64,000 nucleotides of DNA from an uncultured virus (IMG/VR IMGVR_UViG_3300015050_001305) (IMGVR_UViG_3300015050_001305), one strand, 5' to 3'; shown: positions 29,123 through 39,031, counted from the first letter of the stretch. Translations and numbers: made by a program. Notes: generated from the sequence alone by a model not told the origin.

Positions 29123-29216
29123 GGCCTAGATACAAGTGACCAGGCTGATACTTGCGAACTATCTTTTATTGCAAGTCTGCGTAGGGTCGGTTGTATACGA
29201 TACAAGGACAGAAACA

Positions 29217-29591
29217 ATGAAAAATTCCAATAAAAAAGCAGAGCCAGTTGCCACCGTAGTTGCCCCTATCTTCGTTGCCAAGCGTGCTGAACCATTGGCG
29301 CTTGACCTTCAGCAAGCCCTGACAGCCTACGCTGATGTGCTGCGTTCGCTTGCGCCATTTAAGCAGCAGCAAGAAAATCTCAAGTCGGTCATCCGTGAAT
29401 TGCTCAAGGGCGAGCCTAATGAGAAATTCTGTAGCGCCGAGGGGATTGTTGCGCAAGTAATTACTTCCAGCAAGTCCAAGATTAACAAGGCGTTAGCCAT
29501 GAAAATCTGTGGAGCGCAATGGAGCAAGGTGGAATCGTTCAGCGAGTCTGAATCGATGCGCATCAATGTGCCAGGGGTGAAAGGCGACTAG
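29217..29591 (+). CDS. Hypothetical protein
   Basis: Promoter motif plus AAGGA Shine-Dalgarno. Confidence 0.7.
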   Translation: MKNSNKKAEPVATVVAPIFVAKRAEPLALDLQQALTAYADVLRSLAPFKQQQENLKSVIRELLKGEPNEKFCSAEGIVAQVITSSKSKINKALAMKICGAQWSKVESFSESESMRINVPGVKGD

Positions 29592-29669
29592 TCCAGAGGG
29601 GCGGAGTAATTCCCCAGGGTGGAGCGCTGGAGTTTTCCTGTGCCCTTACCGGGAACTAACCTTCGCTTT

Positions 29670-29978
29670 CTATTCATCGCAGCAAGTATCGCAGCCAAAC
29701 CATGTGCAGCGCCGGCTGTTATTGTCCAGGCGCTCTGTTTTACAGGCTTCAACGGCCAGGATCTCATATTCGCCCTCGGCGACAGCCAACGCTGCATCCA
29801 GCGACTTGATGGCAACCACGAGCGCGGACCGTGGCACATCACCATGCGCAGGCTTGGCGCTGAACTTCGGATAAATGCTGGCGCGGACGGTGCGCAGGTA
29901 TTCAATGGCCAGTATAGCGGAAGCCTGGCGGCGACGGTCTAGGTCTGATGGCGTTTTCGCGATGTTGATCTTGCTCAT
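29670..29978 (-). CDS. Hypothetical protein
   Basis: Promoter motif upstream. Confidence 0.6.
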   Translation of the reverse strand: MSKINIAKTPSDLDRRRQASAILAIEYLRTVRASIYPKFSAKPAHGDVPRSALVVAIKSLDAALAVAEGEYEILAVEACKTERLDNNSRRCTWFGCDTCCDE

Positions 29979-30144
29979 TGCCTGTATACAATCACATGCG
30001 GCAATACTTGCGAGGTATTTGGCGCACATAGGCCACCGGAAAACTCTAGAGTTTTCTAGTGCCAGACCAAAAAGATCCGCCGACTAGGGTTATGCTAAAC
30101 AATCAACACAATGCTGAAAATCTACCCTAATCGACGGAAAAGTA

Positions 30145-30552
30145 TTAGTCGCAGCTCACCGTACCATACAAGCCTGAGCCATAGCGCGCTGTCTGATAGG
30201 CCACGGAATGTTTCGGGATTGCAATGATACGCTCTTGTCCACGGTCGCCTGCAACGGTGCCAATGTCGAGGCAATAAGAATAGTCATAGTCCTTAGGAGC
30301 GCGCGTGCGCACGATGGCGTACTCGGCCGTCAAGTCTTCCAGGTAGGGCTCGCTATCGCCAAGCAAGCGCACGATGGCATCCTTAACTAGGCTATAAGCC
30401 GCATCTGTACTAGCCATAGGGACGGATGTAAAGTTGCCGTCGTGGCCATTGAGCGGCGTCAGTTCGCGCAAGCGGTCAAGGGCGACGCGTTCGGTCTTCA
30501 TCAAGGGGACTAGCACCGCTCGGGGGATTTTGATTTTGACGATTCTTAACAT
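30145..30552 (-). CDS. Hypothetical protein
   Basis: Promoter motif upstream. Confidence 0.7.
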   Translation of the reverse strand: MLRIVKIKIPRAVLVPLMKTERVALDRLRELTPLNGHDGNFTSVPMASTDAAYSLVKDAIVRLLGDSEPYLEDLTAEYAIVRTRAPKDYDYSYCLDIGTVAGDRGQERIIAIPKHSVAYQTARYGSGLYGTVSCD

Positions 30553-30651
30553 GTCCTATATACAACCGTGCATGGTAGAACTTTCAATAATAAATTCCAC
30601 AAGGAGTTTTCTGCTGGCCGGTGAAGCTAGGCTTGCCGGGCTAGTCATTCG

Positions 30652-31116
30652 CTAGTATTGGTCCAGCAGTTGATGCAAGGCGTCAAGCCCTGCTTGCCCA
30701 ATGATAGACCGGAATGCCTCCGCTTGAGATCGGCAAGCCTGGTAGACTTTCTGGTCCGCAATGGAATCGGAATTGTAACCGTATTCCTGTGCCCAGCCAG
30801 CAAAGTCGTCGTGATCGAGCACGCAAGCATCCAAGCGTAGGCTATGCGCAACGTCCATCACACTTGGCTCGTAGGTTCGCGGTGCGTCAAAGGCCGAGGG
30901 CTCACCTTCACATTCGCGCAAAGTAGCTTGTTTGTTTGTCTGATTCGCGCAATGACCTGCGCCCGCACTGTATTCGACATCAAGCCCAGCGATGGTGCAG
31001 ATAAAGTTAAGGGTTAAGGCATTGCCCGCGTTACGGCTTTTGCTTTGCGGTACGAAGCGACAAGCGTAAGACTTAACAACTTTCATCACTTGTTTTTCTA
31101 ATTGTGATTTGCTCAT
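30652..31116 (-). CDS. Hypothetical phage protein
   Basis: Promoter motif; FAGWAQEYGYNSDSI. Confidence 0.75.
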   Translation of the reverse strand: MSKSQLEKQVMKVVKSYACRFVPQSKSRNAGNALTLNFICTIAGLDVEYSAGAGHCANQTNKQATLRECEGEPSAFDAPRTYEPSVMDVAHSLRLDACVLDHDDFAGWAQEYGYNSDSIADQKVYQACRSQAEAFRSIIGQAGLDALHQLLDQY

Positions 31117-31206
31117 GATGTTAATACAGCCGACCCAGGCAAGACTTGCTAGAAATCGACATGCAGATTTCTAGCAAGGGATCAAGAGATGGATTGTATA
31201 CAGGGA

Positions 31207-31410
31207 ATGAACAACGAACGACGCTTCTCAGTTAAATCAGGGCTATCCACGCTGGACAAAGACATGACCCACAGCCAGGCAATGCGTTGGGGTCGGCGCA
31301 ACATGCCAGCAGACTTGAAGCGCGCGGGCTTCGATTGCTTTGTGTGTCAGACTGATGCGGAGATCCACGGCGGGGTATGGCTGCGCGTGAGTTACGGCAA
31401 GAAGTTCTAA
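31207..31410 (+). CDS. Hypothetical protein
   Basis: Promoter motif upstream. Confidence 0.7.
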   Translation: MNNERRFSVKSGLSTLDKDMTHSQAMRWGRRNMPADLKRAGFDCFVCQTDAEIHGGVWLRVSYGKKF

Positions 31411-31498
31411 CCGCGTCGCGGGCACAGCCTGCCAGTTAGAAAACTCATGAGTTTTCCGGTGCCGTAGCTAGCAGAAGGATGCTGCTACGTTCCTCCTG

Positions 31499-32056
31499 TT
31501 AGGGCTGTGGTTGGATGATTGCGTTGACGCGGGCTAGGCTAAAGGTGTAGCTCAGACCGTCGCGCACGTCCACCCGATTGCAGTAGCGGCGAGGGGTCAG
31601 CGAGATTACTTGGTAAACGCCTTTGATGCTTTTCATCGTGAACGTGTTACCTATGGCCAATTGCTTGACCAGGTTCTTCTGGTTGGCCTTCTCTGCTAGT
31701 ACATCGGCACACTTGGCGCGCCAGCGCAACGCACTGGGGCTCGCGGTAGGGCCTGCTAGCTTGATGAGTGCAGCGGGACAGTCATAAAAGTAGGGCTCCA
31801 TGAATTCATCAATCGGTTTGTACATGAACGAACCATCCTTCATTTTGTTGATTAAAAACAAGGTGATGTAGCGCGTGGTAACCGTTTGCTCGTCCTTGGT
31901 TGTGACGTGCTCAAGAGCCACCCAAAGATGGTTGCCCACCATGGAATCCTTGAGCACGCGGTTAGATGTTGGACCATCTGACGAATTGCAATCTTCCAGG
32001 ATTGAATTGCGAACGTCAGCCTTAGAACGCCAATCTGTTTGTCCAAAGTATCCCAT
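31499..32056 (-). CDS. DUF6927-like phage protein
   Basis: YKPIDEFMEPYFYDCP...ALRWRAKC. Confidence 0.65.
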   Translation of the reverse strand: MGYFGQTDWRSKADVRNSILEDCNSSDGPTSNRVLKDSMVGNHLWVALEHVTTKDEQTVTTRYITLFLINKMKDGSFMYKPIDEFMEPYFYDCPAALIKLAGPTASPSALRWRAKCADVLAEKANQKNLVKQLAIGNTFTMKSIKGVYQVISLTPRRYCNRVDVRDGLSYTFSLARVNAIIQPQP

Positions 32057-32225
32057 ATGATACTGATACAACTAACCGGGCCGATACTTGCTGAAAAAAT
32101 AGCTCGCAAGTATTGGCAGGGTAGGTTGTATCAGATTCATGCAATCGCGGTGACGCCGGAGAGTGACGAAGGGGGGGCGGCTAGCTGCCACGCCCAGAAA
32201 ACTCTAGAGTTTTCCCTTTGGGATG

Positions 32226-32465
32226 CTAGTCCGCCGTCTCATCGCAGAGTTGATCTCGGTCGAACGCGAGGGCGGTTAGCTCGTTCATCTTTGCCAGGTT
32301 GAGTTCAAGCCAGCTAACCATGTTGGCGTACTTCTCCACCTTAACGGCTTCGCGAGCCAGGGCGCACAGTGCATTGCCGAAACGTTCCTCTGCATGGCGT
32401 TTGGCCAGCTTGATATCCTCAAACGATTTGCCATCGCTGGTTTGATAGGTGATTAATTTTCGCAT
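32226..32465 (-). CDS. Hypothetical protein
   Basis: Promoter motif; YQTSDGKSF. Confidence 0.7.
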   Translation of the reverse strand: MRKLITYQTSDGKSFEDIKLAKRHAEERFGNALCALAREAVKVEKYANMVSWLELNLAKMNELTALAFDRDQLCDETAD

Positions 32466-32547
32466 GTATCTAGTACAACTGACTTGGCCGAGACTTGCCG
32501 ATAAAGATAGCTCGCAAGTATTGGCAGGGTAACTTGTACTAGTAGGT

Positions 32548-32799
32548 ATGAAGCAAGCTAAAGACAAATCGCTGATCGAATTGATTGCTGATGTCGTAAT
32601 CCAAGAGCGCAAGAGCAAAATTGCCAAGCTAACGAAGCGGAAGAAGGGTCTACTTAAGACGATGCACGACACCAAGGATATGGATCTGCATGATGTTACA
32701 GATCGAATGTTCCAAGCTACATGCCGCACGATCGAAGCTGCCGAGCTAGACCTAAAAAAGGTTGAGGCAATCATCGCCAACCACGCCGCAGCGGCTTAG
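32548..32799 (+). CDS. Hypothetical protein
   Basis: Promoter motif upstream. Confidence 0.7.
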   Translation: MKQAKDKSLIELIADVVIQERKSKIAKLTKRKKGLLKTMHDTKDMDLHDVTDRMFQATCRTIEAAELDLKKVEAIIANHAAAA

Positions 32800-32839
32800 C
32801 CGTTTGACTTAGAAAACTCTAGAGTTTTCTACCCGGCCC

Positions 32840-33118
32840 TCAGGGGGCGAGCTTGGCGTAGACGAATCCTGCCGGCCGCTGCTTAGCATCAAGTGGGTGC
32901 TCTTTCAAATCCTCGCGGACGACTGCGACCAGGTATTTGAGCTGCTGCTGGGTGTAGTTAAAATGACCATCAACCAGGTCGTTCAGCAGGTTGATATTGC
33001 CGCCAGTCGCGCGGACGGCATGATAAAAGGGTTTTTCATTGTAACAAATCAGCGCCAATTCGGCGTCCGTGTAGGTCGTTACGTCGCGCACTTGCAATGG
33101 CTTGGGGATGTTGTTCAT
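32840..33118 (-). CDS. Hypothetical protein
   Basis: Promoter motif upstream. Confidence 0.7.
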   Translation of the reverse strand: MNNIPKPLQVRDVTTYTDAELALICYNEKPFYHAVRATGGNINLLNDLVDGHFNYTQQQLKYLVAVVREDLKEHPLDAKQRPAGFVYAKLAP

Positions 33119-33222
33119 GATGTATTATATACAATCGACTGCCGCGATACTTGCGAACAATCGGCACAACCTCACGCTGAAAATAGTTTGCAAGTCTCGG
33201 CCCAGTCGACTGTAGTAGATAC

Positions 33223-33495
33223 ATGCTAATCATCAAGATGATCACCACCAAGTTCGTTAAGACCAGCAACAAATGGGCGCTGGTTAGCACCAGCGAGTCG
33301 GACGTTACCGAAAAGCAATATACCAACATCATTGACGCCGCGCCGTTCTTCCGTCGCCTTGGCGGGCATGAGCGCCACACCAAACAATACACCGCGCAAG
33401 GGTATAAAACGGTGCAGGTTGCAGCCACGGACCCCTCCAAACAGCACCGCACGGTGCGCACCTTCGATATGGACAACGCCGCCCACGTCTACTAA
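33223..33495 (+). CDS. Hypothetical phage protein
   Basis: Promoter motif; APFFRRLGGHE. Confidence 0.75.
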   Translation: MLIIKMITTKFVKTSNKWALVSTSESDVTEKQYTNIIDAAPFFRRLGGHERHTKQYTAQGYKTVQVAATDPSKQHRTVRTFDMDNAAHVY

Positions 33496-33582
33496 GAAAG
33501 GGCGGGCATGGTAGGCCAGTGCCAGCCCAGGGGTAATGAGTTTTCCCGAGGTAGCGGCTACGCGCCAAGTAGCTAGCGTTAG

Positions 33583-33795
33583 TCATCCGTCACTGATGCG
33601 TGGCAATGACAGGCTACGATTAGCTTTGCACACCAATGTGATGCGGTCCTCTAACTCGGCGATGATCTTGTCCTTTTCGTCTAGGTCGTCGAGAAACCGA
33701 GCAATGAGCCGGCCTGCTATCTTGGTTGCACGAAATGCGGTGAGGTAGCGATACGCCTCGCGAGCTGCTTTAGTCATTGGCACGGAATTGGTCAT
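33583..33795 (-). CDS. Hypothetical protein
   Basis: ORF track; coupled to the upstream gene. Confidence 0.55.
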   Translation of the reverse strand: MTNSVPMTKAAREAYRYLTAFRATKIAGRLIARFLDDLDEKDKIIAELEDRITLVCKANRSLSLPRISDG

Positions 33796-34166
33796 GGACC
33801 TACTACAGTTGACGGTGGCAAGACTTGCAACGTATTTGCGCCGAGCAGTTGGCGCATCCGGAAGCTGGTAGCAGGGTTGGCGCGCAACCAGCTGATCACG
33901 TCATCCTTTGCGGGTGGCGCAACCTGTGACCCGTTGCGCTGCTTACCGGACAGTAATGTCCTAACGATGTCAGCGCATGGCGGGCAGCGGCAGTTAGTAT
34001 CTAACCCATAGTTGCAGGCTGTTTTAGCATCAGGCAGGGTTCGCCAGCTCACGCTGTAGGGGCTGCTGATGTTGCCAACGGTAACCAGCCAGTTGACGCT
34101 GTGATTCATCCACATGGGCGACAAATGGAGCGGGACAAATTCGGCGCGGTAGGTGACTTCGTTCAT
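33792..34166 (-). CDS. Hypothetical protein
   Basis: Promoter motif upstream. Confidence 0.65.
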   Translation of the reverse strand: MNEVTYRAEFVPLHLSPMWMNHSVNWLVTVGNISSPYSVSWRTLPDAKTACNYGLDTNCRCPPCADIVRTLLSGKQRNGSQVAPPAKDDVISWLRANPATSFRMRQLLGANTLQVLPPSTVVGP

Positions 34167-34238
34167 AGATCTGCTACAGCTGAACCGGCCAAGACTTGCA
34201 AAGTATTTGCAGGGGAAAACTCCAGCGTCTAGCCGTAG

Positions 34239-34454
34239 CTAGTCACGAACCTCATTGATCGCCTTCTTTAATGCTTCCAATGATCCCGCGATACTTGCCG
34301 AAGGTAAGCCCCGAATGTTTTCGCCTGGGCAACTACTACGGCCAGCGCAATACACATATGCACCAGCCCATTTGAATCTAAAGATTCTTGTATGCTGGTC
34401 TATGTCAGCGATATCATTCCCTGTTGAATTATTGTGTTCCCATTTGTATTTCAT
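34239..34454 (-). CDS. Hypothetical protein
   Basis: Promoter motif sets the start. Confidence 0.65.
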   Translation of the reverse strand: MKYKWEHNNSTGNDIADIDQHTRIFRFKWAGAYVYCAGRSSCPGENIRGLPSASIAGSLEALKKAINEVRD

Positions 34455-34795
34455 GTCTCTAGTACAACTGAACCGGCCAAGACTTGCAAAGTATCTACTG
34501 GCCCGAAGCAAGCAGCGCAATGACGCCAACGACCGCCAGGACCAGCAAGATCAGCGCAGTCTGGGCAAGCCCTCGGGCTGCTTCCTCACCGAAGGCAAAC
34601 CCCACCAAGAACAAAACCGCCAAGGCTCCAGCAATAACTACGATCATATCGACTCTTTTCTAAATTGTTAAACGTATTTGTACAATACAATCAAGCGGGC
34701 TGATTCTTTCATGCCTTGATGAAATAATTCAATAGCCCCATCAGAAAACTCTAGAGTTTTCCAGTGTCGGTAGCAGCGAGCCGCCGCCTCTTGGC

Positions 34796-35188
34796 TCAGT
34801 CTCGATAGCAGACCGATAGATCAGAGTGAAACCGCCCATTGTCACGACGCGGGCCTATGCGATCATTGGGGTTCCCTCCCCATATCACGGGACTATCGCC
34901 TACCGCTGATAGGTCTCGCGGCTCCACTAGCGCATACTCTAGAAAGTTATCAGCCCCAGGAACTTGATCAAGAAACCCACCATCATCCTTGCCATTGCTC
35001 GCGATGCACGTCCAGACATTCCAGACCATTGCATTATCTTCTTTCGTTACCACCAATTGCTTCGCCGTGGCCTTGACCACGGTCCGGCGTCGCCAGGCGC
35101 TAGCGCTGGAGCCGTCAACATTGCGAACCCAAACAATGCGGCCAGGCGTTAATGAATCAAGGACTGCTTTTTTTGTAAACTTTGCCAT
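34796..35188 (-). CDS. Hypothetical protein
   Basis: Promoter motif upstream. Confidence 0.7.
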   Translation of the reverse strand: MAKFTKKAVLDSLTPGRIVWVRNVDGSSASAWRRRTVVKATAKQLVVTKEDNAMVWNVWTCIASNGKDDGGFLDQVPGADNFLEYALVEPRDLSAVGDSPVIWGGNPNDRIGPRRDNGRFHSDLSVCYRD

Positions 35189-35279
35189 GACCTACATACA
35201 AGCGAAGGGGCCTAGACTTGCTAGCTATTTTCAGCGTCGATTTTCAGCAAGTATCGCGGCAGTCGATTGTATATGATAC

Positions 35280-35489
35280 ATGACCAAAATCAAACCATTG
35301 ACCGCTAAGAAGCTTGACGCTTATATCTCGGACGCATACCGGGTGATTGCTCAAGGCAAGATGATCAACATCATGGACATTGGCAAAGTGTTCAATGCTG
35401 GCCGCATCGCCTATGCCTCAACGATGGACCTAGCCCAGGTTGACGCGGCGCTAGCTGAACGGGTGAAACTGCTCTGCTTTCCGGCCTAA
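35280..35489 (+). CDS. Hypothetical protein
   Basis: Promoter motif upstream. Confidence 0.7.
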   Translation: MTKIKPLTAKKLDAYISDAYRVIAQGKMINIMDIGKVFNAGRIAYASTMDLAQVDAALAERVKLLCFPA

Positions 35490-35569
35490 GGGTTAGTGGC
35501 ACCGGGCCGCGCAAGTGTTTGCGCGAACGGAAAACTCAGGAGTTTTCTAATGGGCTGCCGCCCCGCCGG

Positions 35570-35734
35570 CTAGTTCGCAGCTGCCCAGGCTTCGTGGATT
35601 GCGCGACCTTCAGAGATCACGGCGCGCGCCTGCTCCGTATCGAGATCGTAGTATTCGGCGAAGCGCTCAAGCGTCAGGAAGTCATTGATCCATGATAGGA
35701 AGAGGGTTTGCTTGTATGTGCTGGCGTTGGTCAT
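35570..35734 (-). CDS. 54-aa hypothetical phage protein
   Basis: MTNASTYKQTLFLSWINDFLTLERFAEYYDL...; promoter motif. Confidence 0.7.
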   Translation of the reverse strand: MTNASTYKQTLFLSWINDFLTLERFAEYYDLDTEQARAVISEGRAIHEAWAAAN

Positions 35735-35825
35735 GTATCTAATACAACTAACCCGGCCTAGACTTGCGAATTATTTTCAGCGTCGATTGTTCGCAAGTAT
35801 CGTGGCAGTCGGTTGTATATGGTAC

Positions 35826-36599
35826 ATGACCAAACAAACCATCATCGCTTCCATGTTGAAAGAAAATACTGGCACTCATTTTCTCGATTCGGGTGGCAGT
35901 GCTAACCGTAACTGGCAACGCAACAAGCGGGCAAATTTTGCCAAGTCGCCAGCGGCAACGGTCGATTTTAAGTATGGGATCGAAGTCACGCTTGATCTGT
36001 ATCACTGGCTTGAGGACCGTTTGACGCTTAGCAAGAGCATGGATCGTCGCTTCCGTCGGTTCTGTGCCAAGCAAGAGGATCGCCATACGGCAACGGTAGA
36101 GGCATGGCTTGACCAGCTCACGGATAGCTATGGCGATTCACCTACCGGCATCTATGGCGATGGCAAGCCTGTATCAGTCAACACCTACAATGGGGAGTGT
36201 CTGTTATCTCAGGTTATCCAATACACGTTCTTTACCTTGGATCATCAATGCTATATTGCATTGTCAATCCACGGTGGTGCTGATGTTCGCGGTGGATATA
36301 CGGGTTATCGCATTTTCGAAACTGGCGAAACTTGCATGTTCGATAACGCTCACGCCACCATCTATTGCACTGGCGACGACTGCAATAAGTCATGGCACAC
36401 CGACGACGCTAACCACTGGTACGACGACGGCGCTTGCGGCGTTGGTGCTGGCACTCAATTGGAAAAATTCGACTGTACCAGCGAAAGCGATGGCGAAGTG
36501 TGGGAACAAGGCAAGCTGCACGTACTTGCGGACCGCTCGGGTCTCTGCCCTTGCTGCGGCAATCCCTTGAAAGTTGCCGCATCGCCAGGTGGTAGCTAG
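35826..36599 (+). CDS. Hypothetical phage protein with C-terminal Zn ribbon
   Basis: ENTGTHFLDSGG, HGGADVRGGYT, CPCCG. Confidence 0.8.
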   Translation: MTKQTIIASMLKENTGTHFLDSGGSANRNWQRNKRANFAKSPAATVDFKYGIEVTLDLYHWLEDRLTLSKSMDRRFRRFCAKQEDRHTATVEAWLDQLTDSYGDSPTGIYGDGKPVSVNTYNGECLLSQVIQYTFFTLDHQCYIALSIHGGADVRGGYTGYRIFETGETCMFDNAHATIYCTGDDCNKSWHTDDANHWYDDGACGVGAGTQLEKFDCTSESDGEVWEQGKLHVLADRSGLCPCCGNPLKVAASPGGS

Positions 36600-36661
36600 T
36601 CGATTTTTAGCAAGTGTTGGCCAGCTCAGTTGTACTAGATACATGAAGGGCAAGGTTAAAA

Positions 36662-36838
36662 ATGGATCCTAACGCATGTTGTCAACGCATCCAAGATTCA
36701 CGCGGTAAAGAACGCGAGTACGCTTGCGCGGATCTGCAAAGCTGGCTACGCGGGGGCGGATTCAAACCACACTGGAAGGATTACCCCAGGGCGCTGAAAG
36801 CATACAAGAAATTCAAGGCCCAAGAGGTGGGGGTGTAA
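36662..36838 (+). CDS. 58-aa hypothetical protein
   Basis: MDPNAC...LQSWLRGGGFKP; preceded by a 9-codon leaderless uORF at 36643. Confidence 0.6.
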   Translation: MDPNACCQRIQDSRGKEREYACADLQSWLRGGGFKPHWKDYPRALKAYKKFKAQEVGV

Positions 36839-36899
36839 CCCTTGCGAATGGAAAACTCATGAGTTTTCTAATAGCCAGCCGGCGGCGCGGCCACCCCTG

Positions 36900-37118
36900 C
36901 TAGGTTCCCAGTGCTGCGCTGGCCTCCGCGTCAGTCAAGAATCGGTCACTGTCCAAGTCCAGGTAGGCATGGTTGCCGGTCGATGGTTGATAGCAGTAGA
37001 GTACACGTTTGCCGCTGCGCGTCTTGAATGGCTGCTCAGTGCCGCCACAGGCTGGGATCCAGTTACCTTGTGCAGCCTTGGCTTCGCGAGCTAGAATCAT
37101 TTCGACAATTGTTTGCAT
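36900..37118 (-). CDS. Hypothetical protein
   Basis: Promoter motif; PACGGTEQPF. Confidence 0.75.
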   Translation of the reverse strand: MQTIVEMILAREAKAAQGNWIPACGGTEQPFKTRSGKRVLYCYQPSTGNHAYLDLDSDRFLTDAEASAALGT

Positions 37119-37219
37119 GTACCTAATACAACTAACCCTACCAAGACTTGCAAACTATTTTCAAGCTGGGGTGATGTCGATTTCTAGCAAGTGTTGGTAG
37201 GCTCAGTTGTATACAATAC

Positions 37220-37582
37220 ATGAGCAATACACAAACCATGGTCGTGACTGCGCTGATAGATGCTGGCGTGCCTGCTGCATCGATCTCCTATAGCGTCCGA
37301 AACGATAGCGTGATCGGCATGTTCTATGAACTGGCTAATGGCCTTACGCTATCGGTTCAATGGGGACCGATCAACTATGCTAGCGCACAAGATACGGTGC
37401 CGCGATTCGAGTGTGCAGTGCATCGCATGGGGCAATTTTATCCACTGCGCAAGCTAGACTTGAGCGAAAAGGTCCGGTCATCCTTCGAATATCCCGACTA
37501 TCTGCAATCGATCATGGCCTGGGCCGAATTGCCTACCGTAGTCGAATTAGCGCAAGAGCTATCACGCAATCAACCCTACTAG
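37220..37582 (+). CDS. Hypothetical protein
   Basis: Promoter motif; NGLTLSVQWGPINY. Confidence 0.75.
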   Translation: MSNTQTMVVTALIDAGVPAASISYSVRNDSVIGMFYELANGLTLSVQWGPINYASAQDTVPRFECAVHRMGQFYPLRKLDLSEKVRSSFEYPDYLQSIMAWAELPTVVELAQELSRNQPY

Positions 37583-37654
37583 GGGGGGGAGCTAGGGCCA
37601 AGTGCCAGAGCCACACAAAGAAAACTCATGAGTTTTCCGGCTAACGGCCGGAGC

Positions 37655-37873
37655 CTAGTTCATGGCAGCGGGGCAGACCCCTCGGAGATCATCCTCTAAT
37701 TCCTGTTTGAGCGCAGTTGCTAGCGAGATACGTTGGCTCACCTGATCAAGCTTGGCCTGATCACCTTCGCCATCGTTCATTGAGGTTGCCAGCAACTTGA
37801 GCAAGGCGAAGAATTTAAGGTTGGCGTCGCAAGCTTCGAGCATGGCTAACAGTGCGATTTTTTTTGCATTCAT
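37655..37873 (-). CDS. Hypothetical protein
   Basis: Promoter motif upstream. Confidence 0.65.
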   Translation of the reverse strand: MNAKKIALLAMLEACDANLKFFALLKLLATSMNDGEGDQAKLDQVSQRISLATALKQELEDDLRGVCPAAMN

Positions 37874-37956
37874 GATGTATCTAGTACAGCTAGCCCAGGT
37901 CAGACTTGCAAAGTATTTTCGTTGCAAGTCTTAGCCAGCTCGATTGTATATAGGTC

Positions 37957-38388
37957 ATGAGCAAGTCAATCAACTCCGAATCGAATTTTCGCGATGGCTT
38001 CCTTGAGGGTGCCGCGCGTGCCATGTTTGTTATGGCCTATGCAGATCATGTTGAAAACGACGAGGACAGCGACCTACCACGCCCCAGCGGTGGCCAAGAC
38101 TGGTACGATTTCGCCCCAGCAACGCCTATCAACGCCTATGCTTTAGCTGGCGAGCTATGGCAGAACCTTTGTCAATTGAATAGCAGCAATCCCTATGCAC
38201 TCGCCAAGGTTGCGAGCGCTGCCGATGGTAAGCATGTGATCGCTGATGAATTCGGCCGATTGATCGCGATGCAATACATGGGGACTGGCGTGGCCTGGAC
38301 CGATGACCATAAAGATTTCGGCCTAAAGGTAGGTCACTGCGAAGTCAGCGCATTTACCTTTGATCAAGCAGCCTACGCCGAAGAATAG
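37957..38388 (+). CDS. Hypothetical phage protein
   Basis: Promoter motif; MGTGVAWTDDH. Confidence 0.75.
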   Translation: MSKSINSESNFRDGFLEGAARAMFVMAYADHVENDEDSDLPRPSGGQDWYDFAPATPINAYALAGELWQNLCQLNSSNPYALAKVASAADGKHVIADEFGRLIAMQYMGTGVAWTDDHKDFGLKVGHCEVSAFTFDQAAYAEE

Positions 38389-38464
38389 GGGCAATCCCCG
38401 CCAGGGGGATAAAGAAAACTCATGAGTTTTCCGATGGTGGGGCAAGGCATACCCGCAAGCCGGC

Positions 38465-38677
38465 CTATTGGGTCACCGCATAGAGTACGTCGTATTCTTC
38501 GCGAATCTTGCCCTGTTTCTTAAGGATGTCGATGATGCTATTGTATTGATTGATGTTGCATCCTTTGGACATCAGGCCAGCGTAAAGCACGCCAGATGGT
38601 GCTCCCATAGATCCCATTTCGCGGATTGTTTCGTGAACTGCTTTAATGACTGCGATGGCTGCTTGTTGTGGTGTCAT
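38465..38677 (-). CDS. Small winged-helix-like protein
   Basis: GAPSGVLYAGLM...LKKQGKI. Confidence 0.7.
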   Translation of the reverse strand: MTPQQAAIAVIKAVHETIREMGSMGAPSGVLYAGLMSKGCNINQYNSIIDILKKQGKIREEYDVLYAVTQ

Positions 38678-38781
38678 GATGTATCTAGTACAGTTGACCT
38701 AGGTCAGACTTGCAAACAAAGTGCAGGCCTAGCCATTGACGTTTGTTTGCAAGTCTCGGCCAGGTCAGTTGTATCTAGAAC

Positions 38782-38946
38782 ATGAAAATGATCAAGATCT
38801 TGCTAGTCCTATCCACCTTCGTCGCAGTGCGCCAAGGTTCCAAGTTCATGCAGTCGCGAGGTATGGCCATGCAAGGATGCCGCGCAATGGTAGACAATGG
38901 GATCGCATGGCCCAACGTTCAATGCACGATGACTGATAAGATCTAA
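38782..38946 (+). CDS. 54-aa hypothetical protein
   Basis: Promoter motif; manual translation. Confidence 0.5.
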   Translation: MKMIKILLVLSTFVAVRQGSKFMQSRGMAMQGCRAMVDNGIAWPNVQCTMTDKI

Positions 38947-39031
38947 TCGTGTGGCACTAGCCTTTTGCTAGCTAGGCCAGAAGAAAACTCAGGAGTTTTC
39001 CGTTCCACAAAGGAGCCGGAGCCCCGAGACC

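Larger units (their letters stand above)
10774..39000. repeat. Dispersed 18-bp palindrome GAAAACTC-NN-GAGTTTTC, 18 full copies
   Basis: Starts at 10774, 16049, 16189, 20400, 23684, 24722, 27423, 28864, 30039, 31439, 32197, 32812, 34744, 35530, 36851, 37620, 38414, 38983, plus many half-sites. Confidence 0.95.

Noticed and set aside
10774..39000. GAAAACTC palindromes as a CRISPR array or integron attC sites
   Set aside because: Spacing is irregular and kilobase-scale, with genes on both strands between copies. There are no RYYYAAC/GTTRRRY cores and no integrase in the window.
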